A stretch of DNA of 64,000 bases from assembly GCA_002787235.1 (NCBI GenBank), contig PCWG01000041.1, forward strand, positions 11,713 through 75,712, written 5' to 3'. This document shows, piece after piece, positions 29,095 through 38,540 of this stretch; positions within the stretch are counted from its first letter, which is position 1, and each line of letters opens with the position of its first letter. The notes under the pieces are model-generated. The model saw only the letters and a list, made by a program, of their open reading frames with translations. It had not been told where the DNA came from and did no database searches. The DNA comes from Nitrospinae bacterium CG11_big_fil_rev_8_21_14_0_20_45_15. Its GTDB lineage: Bacteria > Nitrospinota > Nitrospinia > Nitrospinales > VA-1. The position numbers and the translations under genes were made by a program.

Positions 29095-29563
29095 CGTCAG
29101 TCGGGGTTTGGAGAATTGCGTAGATGATGCTCACCGGAAAGCCTTTACGCTCTAAAAAAGGGGCCAGTCGCTTGCGTTGTTTATCGCGGTCGAGATGCGC
29201 CATCGTGCGCATCTTTTTTTCAGCGCACGCTTCGGCAAGCTTGAATTCGTCGATCTCCTCGTAGAGATCGCGCAGGGCAGAAGCCGCAGTTTCTCCCTTT
29301 ATCCCTCTTTGCGCTAATTCCTGTAGCAAGCGGCGCGAACCCCAGAACCTCGACTGGATGCGGGATCGCCCCCATTGACGGGCCAATTCCGCATCGTTGA
29401 CATACTTCAGTTCTTTCAGTTCATCGACAACCGACTGAGCGCAATCAGGAGAAATTTCTTTTTTTTCAAGATGATCAAAAATTTCCGCGACGCTTCGATT
29501 CTTGAAGGCTAGAAACTTAAAGGCAATCGAACGCGCTCGCTTCCTCTCTTCCTGAAGGCTCAT
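29087..29563 (-). CDS. recX: RecA regulator RecX
   Basis: 158 aa with three-helix repeats typical of RecX. It sits immediately downstream of recA (15-nt gap), and its 3' end overlaps the pilD start by 8 nt. Confidence 0.8.
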   Translation of the reverse strand: MSLQEERKRARSIAFKFLAFKNRSVAEIFDHLEKKEISPDCAQSVVDELKELKYVNDAELARQWGRSRIQSRFWGSRRLLQELAQRGIKGETAASALRDLYEEIDEFKLAEACAEKKMRTMAHLDRDKQRKRLAPFLERKGFPVSIIYAILQTPTDDD

Positions 29564-29578
29564 GTCAAAGTAGAATGG

Positions 29579-30637
29579 CTATTTCCCTTTTTTCTTACTT
29601 CCGGTATCTTCGTCATCAGTGACAACAGATTCTTCACCGCTACCAGTAAACCCGAGTGTTTGTCTCAGTTTGACATAGAGCTCGTCGTAAATATCCGGAT
29701 TGTCTTTTAAGAATTTCTTCGCATTGGCGCGACCTTGCCCGATGCGGTTTTCGTTGTAGGAAAACCAGGTTCCACTTTTGGCGATGAGTTCATGCTCCAC
29801 AGCCAAGTCCAGCAGATCACCGGTTTTTGAAATTCCTTCGCCATAAATGATATCGAATTCACAATCCCGGAAGGGCGGTGCGACTTTATTTTTTACAATG
29901 CGCACGCGCGTTCGGTTACCGATGACCTGATCGCCATCTTTGATCGCCGCGATGCGCCGAATGTCCATGCGAACGGAGGAATAAAATTTCAGCGCATTGC
30001 CACCGGTGGTGGTCTCGGGATTGCCAAACATCACTCCGATTTTCATTCGAATCTGGTTGATGAAAATAAGGGTCGTGTGCGACTTGCTGACCACACCGGT
30101 CAATTTGCGCATGGCCTGAGACATGAGTCGGGCTTGCAATCCCATATGCGAATCGCCCATATCGCCATCCAGCTCAGCTTTGGGAACCAGTGCGGCAACG
30201 GAATCGACGACGATGACATCCACCGCGCCACTGCGTACCAGAACTTCTGCGATTTCGAGCGTTTGCTCCCCGGTATCCGGTTGCGACAAAAGCAATTCAT
30301 CAAGATCCACTCCCAGTGCCTGGGCATATTTAGGATCGAGCGCATGCTCTGCGTCGATAAAAGCCGCAGTGCCACCGGCCTTCTGCGCTTCTGCAATGAT
30401 GTGCAGGGTGAGACTGGTTTTTCCTGATCCTTCAGGGCCGAAAATTTCGACGATACGGGAACGGGGCACACCACCGACTCCCAACGCATTGTCCAGAGTA
30501 ATGGACCCTGTGGATATAACGGGAATGCCTTTTTGCGCTCCGGCCTGTCCCAACTTCATTATGGAACCTTTACCGAATTGCTTTTCGATTTGAGAAAAGG
30601 CCAATTCCAGAGCTTTCTCTTTTTCGGTTGACGACAT
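29579..30637 (-). CDS. recA: Recombinase RecA
   Basis: [23 protein letters not shown], the Walker A motif GPEGSGKTS, and [28 protein letters not shown]. Confidence 0.97.
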   Translation of the reverse strand: MSSTEKEKALELAFSQIEKQFGKGSIMKLGQAGAQKGIPVISTGSITLDNALGVGGVPRSRIVEIFGPEGSGKTSLTLHIIAEAQKAGGTAAFIDAEHALDPKYAQALGVDLDELLLSQPDTGEQTLEIAEVLVRSGAVDVIVVDSVAALVPKAELDGDMGDSHMGLQARLMSQAMRKLTGVVSKSHTTLIFINQIRMKIGVMFGNPETTTGGNALKFYSSVRMDIRRIAAIKDGDQVIGNRTRVRIVKNKVAPPFRDCEFDIIYGEGISKTGDLLDLAVEHELIAKSGTWFSYNENRIGQGRANAKKFLKDNPDIYDELYVKLRQTLGFTGSGEESVVTDDEDTGSKKKGK

Positions 30638-30823
30638 CTATCCTCCCAAGTTATGGATGTATTCTATGTGTGGCAGAGGATCGTACGGGATCTCTGCTGA
30701 GGGTAATTCTCTATCGGATGGGACCTGCAAATACGCTTCATTATATAGCGAGGCTCATGTCAAATAGCAAGGACAATCCGCCCAAACCTTCCTTAAATCT
30801 CCGCGTTCTCTAACCATCTGGAT

Positions 30824-31813
30824 TCATTCGTGTTTCCCGACCAGGCTTCCTTTCACTACCGATCCCGGGGCAATGAGACCAGAGATCACACTGCCTTCGA
30901 TATGACAATTTTCTGCAATCTCGCTTCTTTCCCAGCAAATCGAGCGTTCGATTTTTGTACCGGAACCGACTTTGCAATGGTCTCCCAAAATCACATAAGG
31001 CCCGATACTTGCTGAGGGAGACAGTTCGCAATGTTTCCCAATCAATACAGGATGAATGATTTCAGGATCTTGCGATTTCTGCATCTGACCAGAAACCGCT
31101 TTGTCCAAAACGTCAAAATTGGCTTGCAGATAGGTTTCGCGTGTTCCGGCGTCGATCCAATAACCTTCGTGCAAATAGCCGTACACCGGATTTCCTTCCC
31201 GAATCATTTGCGGGAAAATGTCTTCAGTCGTGCCACAGAATTTACCCGCAGGAATGCGTGCAAAAATCTCAGGTTCCATGATCTGGATACCCGTGAACAT
31301 GACGCGCTCTCCGGTTTCTTTGACGTCAGGAGGAATGGCTCCCAAAAAATTCACGATTCTCCCGGTGGCGTCGATCTCGATGGGTCGATAACTTTCGCTC
31401 GGACCGTAACGACGAACGACCAGGGTGAGCGCGGATTGGCGTTCTTTGTGAAACTTCAATACATCCTTGATATTCACGTCAGAAAGGATATCGGAATTGA
31501 GCGCGAGAAAAGGCGAACCCTCATCGAGAAACTCCTGAGCGGCACGAATGCCGCCCGCCGTTCCCAATATTTTTTCTTCAATAAAAAAACGCAAATCTAA
31601 ATTATTGTAAGAACGCGTCGGATAACCATCGACCACCGCTTGCGCGAGATGGTGCAGGTTGATCGCAATCTGCCCGATACCCTCACGCTCCAAAAAATCG
31701 AGGGAATGCTGGAGCAGGGGCCGATTGCAAACCGGAAACAAGGGCTTCGGACAATGGTCTGTCAAGGGCTGAAGTCGGGAGCCGAAGCCTGCGGCCAGAA
31801 TCATCGCCTTCAT
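30824..31813 (-). CDS. Sugar-1-phosphate nucleotidyltransferase with a C-terminal left-handed beta-helix (GlmU/GMPP/eIF2B-gamma/epsilon-like architecture)
   Basis: MKAMILAAGFGSRLQPLTDHCPKPLFPV (NTP_transferase G-loop) plus C-terminal hexapeptide repeats. ATG 31813 lies 1 nt after the mtnA stop. The longer ORF to 32098 overlaps mtnA and is rejected. Confidence 0.75.
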   Translation of the reverse strand: MKAMILAAGFGSRLQPLTDHCPKPLFPVCNRPLLQHSLDFLEREGIGQIAINLHHLAQAVVDGYPTRSYNNLDLRFFIEEKILGTAGGIRAAQEFLDEGSPFLALNSDILSDVNIKDVLKFHKERQSALTLVVRRYGPSESYRPIEIDATGRIVNFLGAIPPDVKETGERVMFTGIQIMEPEIFARIPAGKFCGTTEDIFPQMIREGNPVYGYLHEGYWIDAGTRETYLQANFDVLDKAVSGQMQKSQDPEIIHPVLIGKHCELSPSASIGPYVILGDHCKVGSGTKIERSICWERSEIAENCHIEGSVISGLIAPGSVVKGSLVGKHE

Positions 31814-31814
31814 T

Positions 31815-32855
31815 TCATTTTTTTTCTGCAAGCATTCGCAACGATTGCGTATAGGGAGCATAGGCCACTCCCTTGTCGGTGATGATGCCTGTGACCAACT
31901 CGTGCGGGGTGATATCGAATGCAGGATGTCCCACTTCAATGCCCTGCGGCGCGATGCGTTTGCCGTTGATGGAAACCACTTCTCCCGCCGAACGCTCTTC
32001 AATCGGAATTTGATCTCCAGAGGCAAGCGAAAGGTCCAGAGTCGAAATCGGGGCCGCAACGTAAAAGGGAATATTGTGACGATGCGCCAGAACCGCAACC
32101 ATGTACGTTCCTATCTTGTTGGCAACATCGCCGTTGCTGGCGATGCGGTCGGCACCAACGACGACGCGATCGACCGCGCCGCTTTTCATAAAATGCCCAC
32201 ACATGCTGTCGGTAATCAACTTGACGGGAATATCGTCTTCCTTCAATTCCCAGACGGTCAAACGTGCGCCTTGCAGGAACGGTCGGGTCTCATTAGCGAT
32301 CACTTTGACCCGTTTGCCCGCATCCACAGCCCCGCGAACAACGCCGAGCGCGGTCCCGTAACCTGCCGTGGCCAATGCTCCGGCATTGCAATGGGTGAGG
32401 ATGGTATTGCCATCGTCGATCAATGCCTGCCCAAAAGATCCAATGCGTTTATTCGCGGCGATGTCCTCTTCCCAGATATTCATCGCTTCTTTTCGGATAC
32501 GCCTTTTCAACACATTCATGGAAAGTGCTTTATTCTCTTTGACCACGCGCAACATGCGTTCGATGGCCCAAGCAAGATTCACCGCCGTCGGACGCGATTG
32601 CCCCAGAATGTCGCATTTTTCCTTCAGTTGTGCGAAAAAGGAATCGTAGTTATTGCCCTGAATGGTATTGGCTTCCAGACTGACACCCATCGCGGCGGCA
32701 ACGCCGATAGCCGGTGCGCCTCTTATGATCATCGTTTTGATGGCGGAACCCACGTCTTCGATGGTGTAACAATTGACATAGGTCTTTTCATTGGGCAACT
32801 TGGTCTGGTCAATCATTCGAACCACGCCATCTGCATATTCTACGGTATTGATCAT
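31815..32855 (-). CDS. mtnA: S-methyl-5-thioribose-1-phosphate isomerase (eIF-2B alpha/beta/delta family)
   Basis: DGVVRMIDQTKLP, IRGAPAIGVAAAMG, TRPFLQGARLT and VGADRIASNGDVANKIGTY. ATG 32855 is preceded by AAGGAAAA. Confidence 0.85.
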   Translation of the reverse strand: MINTVEYADGVVRMIDQTKLPNEKTYVNCYTIEDVGSAIKTMIIRGAPAIGVAAAMGVSLEANTIQGNNYDSFFAQLKEKCDILGQSRPTAVNLAWAIERMLRVVKENKALSMNVLKRRIRKEAMNIWEEDIAANKRIGSFGQALIDDGNTILTHCNAGALATAGYGTALGVVRGAVDAGKRVKVIANETRPFLQGARLTVWELKEDDIPVKLITDSMCGHFMKSGAVDRVVVGADRIASNGDVANKIGTYMVAVLAHRHNIPFYVAAPISTLDLSLASGDQIPIEERSAGEVVSINGKRIAPQGIEVGHPAFDITPHELVTGIITDKGVAYAPYTQSLRMLAEKK

Positions 32856-33066
32856 GCTTTTCCTTTCGATAGGGACTGACCCCTTGTAAAAATGCAAGCC
32901 TCGCTCTTTTCCTTACCAAGAAACGATAGAGCAGGCGTTTGAATTGTATTTCCTTTTACTTGCAAAACGTCCATATGTTTCTACGGAAATTCTCAATAAA
33001 ACGTCAAATAATTTTTAATCGGTTGCGAACGATAATATTTCGGGATCATGGCAAAGCGGTAAAGCA

Positions 33067-33414
33067 TCAATCAAGATAAGGGGCCAACCTGGATAATATT
33101 TGGGGAGGCTTGAGGTTCTCAATCTGAACAATTTTTTTTCGGGAGGTTTCTCCACTGACAATAGAAATGCTTGAGGATTTCACATCAAATAATTTTGCCA
33201 GAAACTTAACACACATCCGGTTGGCAGAACCATCGACCGGCGGCGAGGTCAATTTTATTTTCAATCTTCCATCCTGAAATCCCACAACTTCGTTTCGGGA
33301 CGACCGGGGCAATGCCTGTATGGCAATCTGAGAACCGCCATCGCACTCTTTTATCGCCAGATTCGGTTCGTTCAATTCAATCCCGGTCGGTTGTTTTGGA
33401 TTTGATATTGTCAA
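33067..33414 (-). CDS. DUF167 (YggU) family protein
   Basis: LKIKLTSPPVDGSANRMCVKFLAKLF...SIVSGETSRKK is the DUF167 pattern. Confidence 0.65.
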   Translation of the reverse strand: MTISNPKQPTGIELNEPNLAIKECDGGSQIAIQALPRSSRNEVVGFQDGRLKIKLTSPPVDGSANRMCVKFLAKLFDVKSSSISIVSGETSRKKIVQIENLKPPQILSRLAPYLD

Positions 33415-33859
33415 TATAATCCCGAGCCGTTTTTTTGATGCTTTCCATCACGTTTTTCTTTTCCTGCTTCAACTGCTGTATCTCTTCCTTAATCTGCTCC
33501 AACTCCTTCTCTGCTTTTTGACGATGAACCTCCGCGTGCTCTTTGGCCGCCGCCAATACTCGCCGGGCTTTTTCCTTGATGATCTCTGGAGTGAGCTGGG
33601 CCTCTGCCCCCATGCTGGGAGATTTTTGCAACTGATCAATGATATTATTTTTTTCTTCCAGCTCGGCGCGAAGTTCAGCAATGTGTTCGTCTTTGCTTTC
33701 CTGCCGTTTCAATTTTTGTTTGAGGGCTTCAATTTCGTCCTCCAACTCTTTGAAATCTCTGGACACCAGTTCGAGAAAGGATTCAACTTCTTCCTTACTG
33801 TAACCGCGAAATTTTTCCCGGAAACATTGTTCCAGTATGTCGAGGTGATTGAGTCTCAC
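33377..33859 (-). CDS. DivIVA-domain cell-division protein
   Basis: N-terminus LDILEQCFREKFRGYSKEEVESFLELV (DivIVA motif) followed by a long coiled coil. Confidence 0.7.
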   Translation of the reverse strand: MRLNHLDILEQCFREKFRGYSKEEVESFLELVSRDFKELEDEIEALKQKLKRQESKDEHIAELRAELEEKNNIIDQLQKSPSMGAEAQLTPEIIKEKARRVLAAAKEHAEVHRQKAEKELEQIKEEIQQLKQEKKNVMESIKKTARDYIDNIKSKTTDRD

Positions 33860-33914
33860 GATTCCTGATTCCTGGATAACATGGGGTAAGTTGATTTAAA
33901 CTGGATCAACGCAA

Positions 33915-34214
33915 TCATCTCAATTGCATGGCGATGTCACCCAGAGACTGCACTAAAAATGTCTGCAAAAACATGATTGCTAAAATGATGACAATGGGCG
34001 CAAAATCAAGTCCCATATTCGACATCGGCAAGTATCGGCGAACTCGATACAAAAGCGGTTCTGTGATACTGTATAAAAACTGAACAATGGGATTATAGGG
34101 ATCGGGATTGACCCACGAAAGAAGTGCCCGAATGATGATGATCCACATATAAAGGGTAAGCGCAACGCTCAACACTTGGGCTATGGCCGCCAGTAAATTA
34201 CTGATTAAAAACAC
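33915..34214 (-). CDS. YggT-family membrane protein
   Basis: 99 aa with two TM pairs. IIIRALLSWVNPDPYNPIVQFLYSITEPLLYRVRR is the YGGT repeat. Confidence 0.7.
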   Translation of the reverse strand: MFLISNLLAAIAQVLSVALTLYMWIIIIRALLSWVNPDPYNPIVQFLYSITEPLLYRVRRYLPMSNMGLDFAPIVIILAIMFLQTFLVQSLGDIAMQLR

Positions 34215-34392
34215 AGGAAATCCTTCGGTTTTGGGCGGAGTGGCTCCGCTGGTGATAGTACAGCGGGGAGGGCTTTTGAGATATTACGAATTGTTGAAAC
34301 TGCTAAGCCCATTGACCTCGGCCCCGCTTGATGGGCACTTAGAAAGTAACTAAAATCTGTCGGCTTGTCAATCAAGACTCGACTATTCAGGA

Positions 34393-35790
34393 ATGAGTAT
34401 GAAACACACAAAAATCAATAAATTAATCACAGAAAACATTGAGCACCCGGAAATTACGGTCAAAGGCTGGGTGCGCACTCGCAGAGACTCAAAAGGCGGC
34501 TTTTCCTTTTTAGAAGTCAACGACGGGTCTTGTTTGAAAAATATTCAGGTGGTTGTCGATCACAGTGTGGAAACTTTTCAAAAATACGCCAGTCAATTGC
34601 ATACGGGATCTTCCGTCGCTGTTTGTGGTCCTCTGGTGCGCTCTCAGGGTAAAGAGCAAGGCGTAGAAATTCAGGCAAAAGAGATCACCGTTTACGGCGG
34701 GGCCAACCCGGAAAGCTACCCTCTCCAAAAAAAACACCACTCCTTCGAGTTCCTGCGCGAAATCGCGCATTTGCGCGCGCGAACCAATACGTTTGGTGCC
34801 GTCATGCGCGTCCGCAACCGGTTGGCTTTTGGAATCCACAAGTTTTTCAATGACAAGGGCTTTGTCTATCTGCACACGCCGATCATCACTGCGGGCGATT
34901 GTGAAGGTGCCGGCGAGTTGTTTCAAGTCACGACTCTGGACCTCAATAATATTCCTCGTGTGAATGGGAAGATAGATTACAAACAGGATTTTTTCGGCGA
35001 TAAAACCGGTTTGACCGTGAGCGGTCAACTGCAAGGCGAAACCTACGCCATGGCTCTCTCTGAAATTTACACTTTCGGGCCGACTTTTCGCGCTGAAAAC
35101 TCGCACACGAGCCGACATCTCGCGGAATTCTGGATGGTGGAGCCGGAAATGGCATTTTATGATCTGAACGACGATATGGATCTGGCGGAGGAGTTTATTA
35201 AATACCTGTTCCACGATGCTTTGTCGCACTGTGCGGAAGATCTTGAGTTCTTCGATGCAAGAATTCATCCCGGCCTTTTGGAAAATCATCGCCTGATCTG
35301 TGACGCGCCTTTTGAACGGGTCGATTACACCAAAGCCATCGAATTGCTGGGAAAAGCAAACGTTAAATTCACTTATGCGCCTGAATGGGGATGCAATCTG
35401 CAAGCGGAACACGAGCATTATTTGAGCGAAACGGTTTTTAAACGACCGGTGATGGTTTTCAACTATCCGGAAAAAATCAAACCGTTTTATATGAAGGCAA
35501 ACGAGGACGGCAAAACGGTACGGGCGATGGACGTATTACTGCCGAAGCTTGGAGAGATCATCGGTGGCAGTCAGAGGGAAGACGATTACGATATTCTTTT
35601 GCAAAGAATGCGCGATAAAGACATCGAGGAGAAAGAATACCAATGGTACCTCGACCTGAGACGTTTTGGCTCGGCTCCGCACGCCGGCTTTGGTCTGGGT
35701 TTTGAACGCCTGGTGCAGTTCGTCACGGGTATGGAAAATATTCGCGATGTGATCCCCTTTCCACGCACGCCCAAAAATGCAAAATTCTAA
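34393..35790 (+). CDS. asnS: Asparagine--tRNA ligase
   Basis: OB-fold N-terminus and class IIb motifs (FRAENSHTSRHLAEFWMVEPEMAF, GSAPHAGFGLGFERL). Confidence 0.92.
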   Translation: MSMKHTKINKLITENIEHPEITVKGWVRTRRDSKGGFSFLEVNDGSCLKNIQVVVDHSVETFQKYASQLHTGSSVAVCGPLVRSQGKEQGVEIQAKEITVYGGANPESYPLQKKHHSFEFLREIAHLRARTNTFGAVMRVRNRLAFGIHKFFNDKGFVYLHTPIITAGDCEGAGELFQVTTLDLNNIPRVNGKIDYKQDFFGDKTGLTVSGQLQGETYAMALSEIYTFGPTFRAENSHTSRHLAEFWMVEPEMAFYDLNDDMDLAEEFIKYLFHDALSHCAEDLEFFDARIHPGLLENHRLICDAPFERVDYTKAIELLGKANVKFTYAPEWGCNLQAEHEHYLSETVFKRPVMVFNYPEKIKPFYMKANEDGKTVRAMDVLLPKLGEIIGGSQREDDYDILLQRMRDKDIEEKEYQWYLDLRRFGSAPHAGFGLGFERLVQFVTGMENIRDVIPFPRTPKNAKF

Positions 35791-35870
35791 CCCGCCAGCG
35801 CGACGCTGGAGGCATTGGGCAATGAATTCATAAGCTTTCTTTCCTGATTGTGCGCAATCGACAGATCTCT

Positions 35871-37133
35871 CTATTCCGCAGGCGTTGCCTGGGACAGGAT
35901 CGCCGTGACTTCTTCTATCTTCCCTGCGCGTAATAATTTCAGGCGCACCGCGTCGCCCGAAGATTTCGTTTGCAGGTAATCCGCCAGATCGGGAACGACG
36001 GCCAGCGGTTTGCCATCGACCTCCGTCAACAAGTCGTCTTCTTTTATTCCCGCCCTTTGCGCCGGGCTATCATCGCCGACCCCGCGAACACGCAGTCCCG
36101 CCTCCTCTTCCTTCAGCATCACACCGAGGCGGATGCGTTTGTCCGGTAGAAGTTCATAATCCACCTTCCAGAGATAATCTGCCGCGTACAATGGAATCGA
36201 AACATGCTCGATTTCCATTTCCCGCCCTTCCTTGATCTCCTCAGGCACTTCAACCACAGTGGGCAGAACGATGGAATATGCGTGTGCGATTCTGCGAAAT
36301 GCACGTTTGGGAATCCCGAAACCGTATTGCACATGGAATCCGCCCGCCAGAACGATCAATTTTTTCTGGCCCGTGCGGTCGTTTCGTAAAAAATCGGAAA
36401 CAGTGCGGGCCATCGACTCCTCCCAGAGCGTCAGCATACGATAAGGCTTTTCGACTTTTTCAGTGTGACCGCCAAAAGTAGACATCGAATAGGCGCGGTG
36501 ATACACATCGTTGAAATCCATCTCAGGATAGTCGCCCATTTCATCTTTACGGAAATGATCTTCCGTTTCCCTGGAAGCTTTCAAACCAATGAGCGGGACG
36601 TTGCGTTCCTTCAGGAAATCAAAAATCGGCGCGTATAAGTTGTAGCCCGGACCCCAATTCTCATGAAACAAGCTTTTGAATTCACGAGAAGGCAATAGCC
36701 CTTTCGCCCAGGCATCGAGTTGAGTTTGGGCCGAGCGGCGAAACATCTCCATGCCCACACTGATCTGACCCGGGAAACGTTCTTCCAAAGCCCGGATGAT
36801 TTCCAATTGGACGCGATGCGCCGAAACATTGTCGTGCGTTTCACCCACATAGATGACCCGTGCGCCCGACACCACATCAATCAAATCACCCGAAGACAAA
36901 CGAATACCGGTAGGAACATGAACAATACCACCCACCGGAACATCCTTCAGGTTCGTGTAAGGCGAGCCATCGTTGGGAACAGCATATTCCGAGGGGTACG
37001 CCTGCTTTACCGGCGAGAGTGCAAAAAAAACGAACAAGATGCAAAGAACAATGCGAATGCTGTAGGAAACAGGTGAAGTATTCATTGTATTTATTGAAGG
37101 ACTTTGTTGATTAGAGAAATCTTGATTTGACAT
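35871..37133 (-). CDS. ChaN/Tiki-superfamily (haem-binding uptake-like) protein fused to a C-terminal PDZ domain
   Basis: VIYVGETHDNVSAHRVQLEIIRAL is the ChaN/DUF399 signature. The C-terminal LGVMLKEEEAGLRVRGVGDDSPAQRAGIKEDDLLTEVDGKP is PDZ-like. Confidence 0.55.
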   Translation of the reverse strand: MSNQDFSNQQSPSINTMNTSPVSYSIRIVLCILFVFFALSPVKQAYPSEYAVPNDGSPYTNLKDVPVGGIVHVPTGIRLSSGDLIDVVSGARVIYVGETHDNVSAHRVQLEIIRALEERFPGQISVGMEMFRRSAQTQLDAWAKGLLPSREFKSLFHENWGPGYNLYAPIFDFLKERNVPLIGLKASRETEDHFRKDEMGDYPEMDFNDVYHRAYSMSTFGGHTEKVEKPYRMLTLWEESMARTVSDFLRNDRTGQKKLIVLAGGFHVQYGFGIPKRAFRRIAHAYSIVLPTVVEVPEEIKEGREMEIEHVSIPLYAADYLWKVDYELLPDKRIRLGVMLKEEEAGLRVRGVGDDSPAQRAGIKEDDLLTEVDGKPLAVVPDLADYLQTKSSGDAVRLKLLRAGKIEEVTAILSQATPAE

Positions 37134-37200
37134 TGTTGGACTTTTCCATCAGAATAGCACATCTTAAATTTTCAGTCAGATCCTAAGGGATCGTTCTTTT

Positions 37201-37419
37201 TTGGAAGGGGGGGGAGAATTTTTGGAAGTTACCGTCTATCAGAACCAAGTTGAGCGGGCGTTGAAGATATTGAAACGTCAAATGACGAAAGAGGGCCTGC
37301 TTAAAGAACTGAAGCGAAGAAGATTTTACGAAAAGCCATCAGTTAAGAAAAAGCGCAAGCAAAAAGAAGCAAAGAAGAAGCGTAAAGCCGCTATGCGTCG
37401 GTTAAGAAGCAGAATATAA
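37201..37419 (+). CDS. rpsU: 30S ribosomal protein S21
   Basis: EVTVYQNQVERALKILKRQMTKEGLLKELKRRRFYEKPSVKKKRK. The true start is probably the in-frame TTG at 37222, after GGGGGGAGAA. Confidence 0.85.
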   Translation: MEGGGEFLEVTVYQNQVERALKILKRQMTKEGLLKELKRRRFYEKPSVKKKRKQKEAKKKRKAAMRRLRSRI

Positions 37420-37526
37420 CTGGATTTCAACAACTCCACTTTAAAGTTTCCACTTAGTTTTGGAGACTTTTGGGGCGAGAATCACAGATTATTGAGCTTC
37501 TCTTTGTTTCGAGCAAGTTTCAGAAA

Positions 37527-37557
37527 GGTCGGAGGCGTTCACGCCCCGGCCTTTTTT
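37527..37557 (+). terminator. Rho-independent terminator after rpsU
   Basis: ggtcggaggcg-ttca-cgccccggcc (10 bp with one bulge) followed by tttttt. Confidence 0.6.
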
Positions 37558-37574
37558 GCGTTTTGCATCGCAAC

Positions 37575-38339
37575 TCATTTTCCAGAAGCCGCATTTCTTT
37601 TCTGGCGCAATATCTCATACAAGACGATCGCACCCGCCCCTCCGGCGTTCAAAGATTCGGCCCCACTGGACATGGGGATGGAAATCAAAAAATCGCAGGA
37701 TTTTTTAAGCAGTGGGCGAATGCCTTTCGCTTCGTTACCGATAACAAACGCAACCGGGCCATTAAAATCGACCTGCCAGCACGGGCCAGGCGCGAGCGCA
37801 TCCAGACCGTATATCCAGAATCCTTCATCGCGCAATATTTCAAATGCACGTTGCAGAGACGCCGTTTCCGCAATGGGGAGCCGCTCAATAGCCCCCGCCG
37901 ATACCTTGGCGACTGTCGCATTGAGGGGTGCCGCCCGACGGGTTGGAAGGATCAAACCGTGACAGTCCAGCGCACCCGCAGAACGAATGAAGGCACCCAG
38001 ATTCTGCGGATCTTCAATGCTGTCCAATATGGCGAGGGTCGGCTTGTCGGTCGTGCGATAAGCCGAGCGAATGAGTTCTTCTACCGTCAATGTTTTTACA
38101 GCCGCAACGTAGGCGATGATGCCTTGATTGGCTCGATTCTGAAATTTTTTTTGAAACACCGCGCGCGGTAAAATTTCGACCCGAATGCCCATACTTTTGG
38201 CTTTATTGATGACTTCTTTTTTTTTCTCAGAATCCTGCCCCGCAATCACAACGATCCGGGAACATTTGCGACTCTCCGACTGCAAGACCTCCATGGTTGC
38301 ATGGATACCGTAAACAATCGATTCTAACGATGGGTCCAT
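37575..38339 (-). CDS. rlmB: 23S rRNA 2'-O-ribose G2251 methyltransferase (SpoU/TrmH family)
   Basis: An N-terminal substrate-binding domain (IVYGIHATMEVL) and the SpoU core (LDSIEDPQNLGAFIRSA, FVIGNEAKGI, IPMSSGAESLNAG). I prefer ATG 38339. Confidence 0.8.
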   Translation of the reverse strand: MDPSLESIVYGIHATMEVLQSESRKCSRIVVIAGQDSEKKKEVINKAKSMGIRVEILPRAVFQKKFQNRANQGIIAYVAAVKTLTVEELIRSAYRTTDKPTLAILDSIEDPQNLGAFIRSAGALDCHGLILPTRRAAPLNATVAKVSAGAIERLPIAETASLQRAFEILRDEGFWIYGLDALAPGPCWQVDFNGPVAFVIGNEAKGIRPLLKKSCDFLISIPMSSGAESLNAGGAGAIVLYEILRQKRNAASGK

Positions 38340-38540
38340 ACCCGGCTCCCAAAAACAAACACAGCATTGAAAAAACCCTAACTTAATGATATAGATAGAG
38401 TTAGATGTCCACACCAAGCCCTAGGCTCAGTTGAAAGATGAAGATAGCATAATTTCTCCCGCCGTAAATAATTCTTTTCTTTCATCACTGATATTGCGAC
38501 TTGGTTTAGAAGTTGTACCGTTTTACTCAAATATACCCTC

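Noticed and set aside
28390-29127. 245-aa plus-strand ORF
   Set aside because: It is antisense to pilD and the end of recX. The membrane-protein frame on the minus strand is clearly the real one.
30638-30823. Looked for a LexA/SOS box upstream of recA
   Set aside because: There is only a weak partial palindrome (CAGAGGATCGTACGGGATCTCTG). It matches none of the LexA consensus types I know.
31814-32098. N-terminal 95-codon extension of the nucleotidyltransferase ORF (track start 32098)
   Set aside because: It overlaps the 3' end of mtnA in another frame. The conserved G-loop MKAMILAAGFGSRL begins at ATG 31813.
31845-32879. 344-aa plus-strand ORF
   Set aside because: It is antisense to mtnA, which has strong family motifs. 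The product is Arg/His-rich, typical of shadow ORFs.
32856-33066. Looked for a SAM/SAH-type riboswitch in the mtnA leader
   Set aside because: I found no recognisable conserved core (for example the SAM-I GAGGGA...GCAACC elements) by eye. A covariance-model scan would be needed to exclude it.
34510-35418. 302-aa minus-strand ORF
   Set aside because: It is antisense to asnS, so it is a shadow ORF.
37470-38171. 233-aa plus-strand ORF
   Set aside because: It is antisense to rlmB, and its Arg-rich composition is typical of a shadow ORF.
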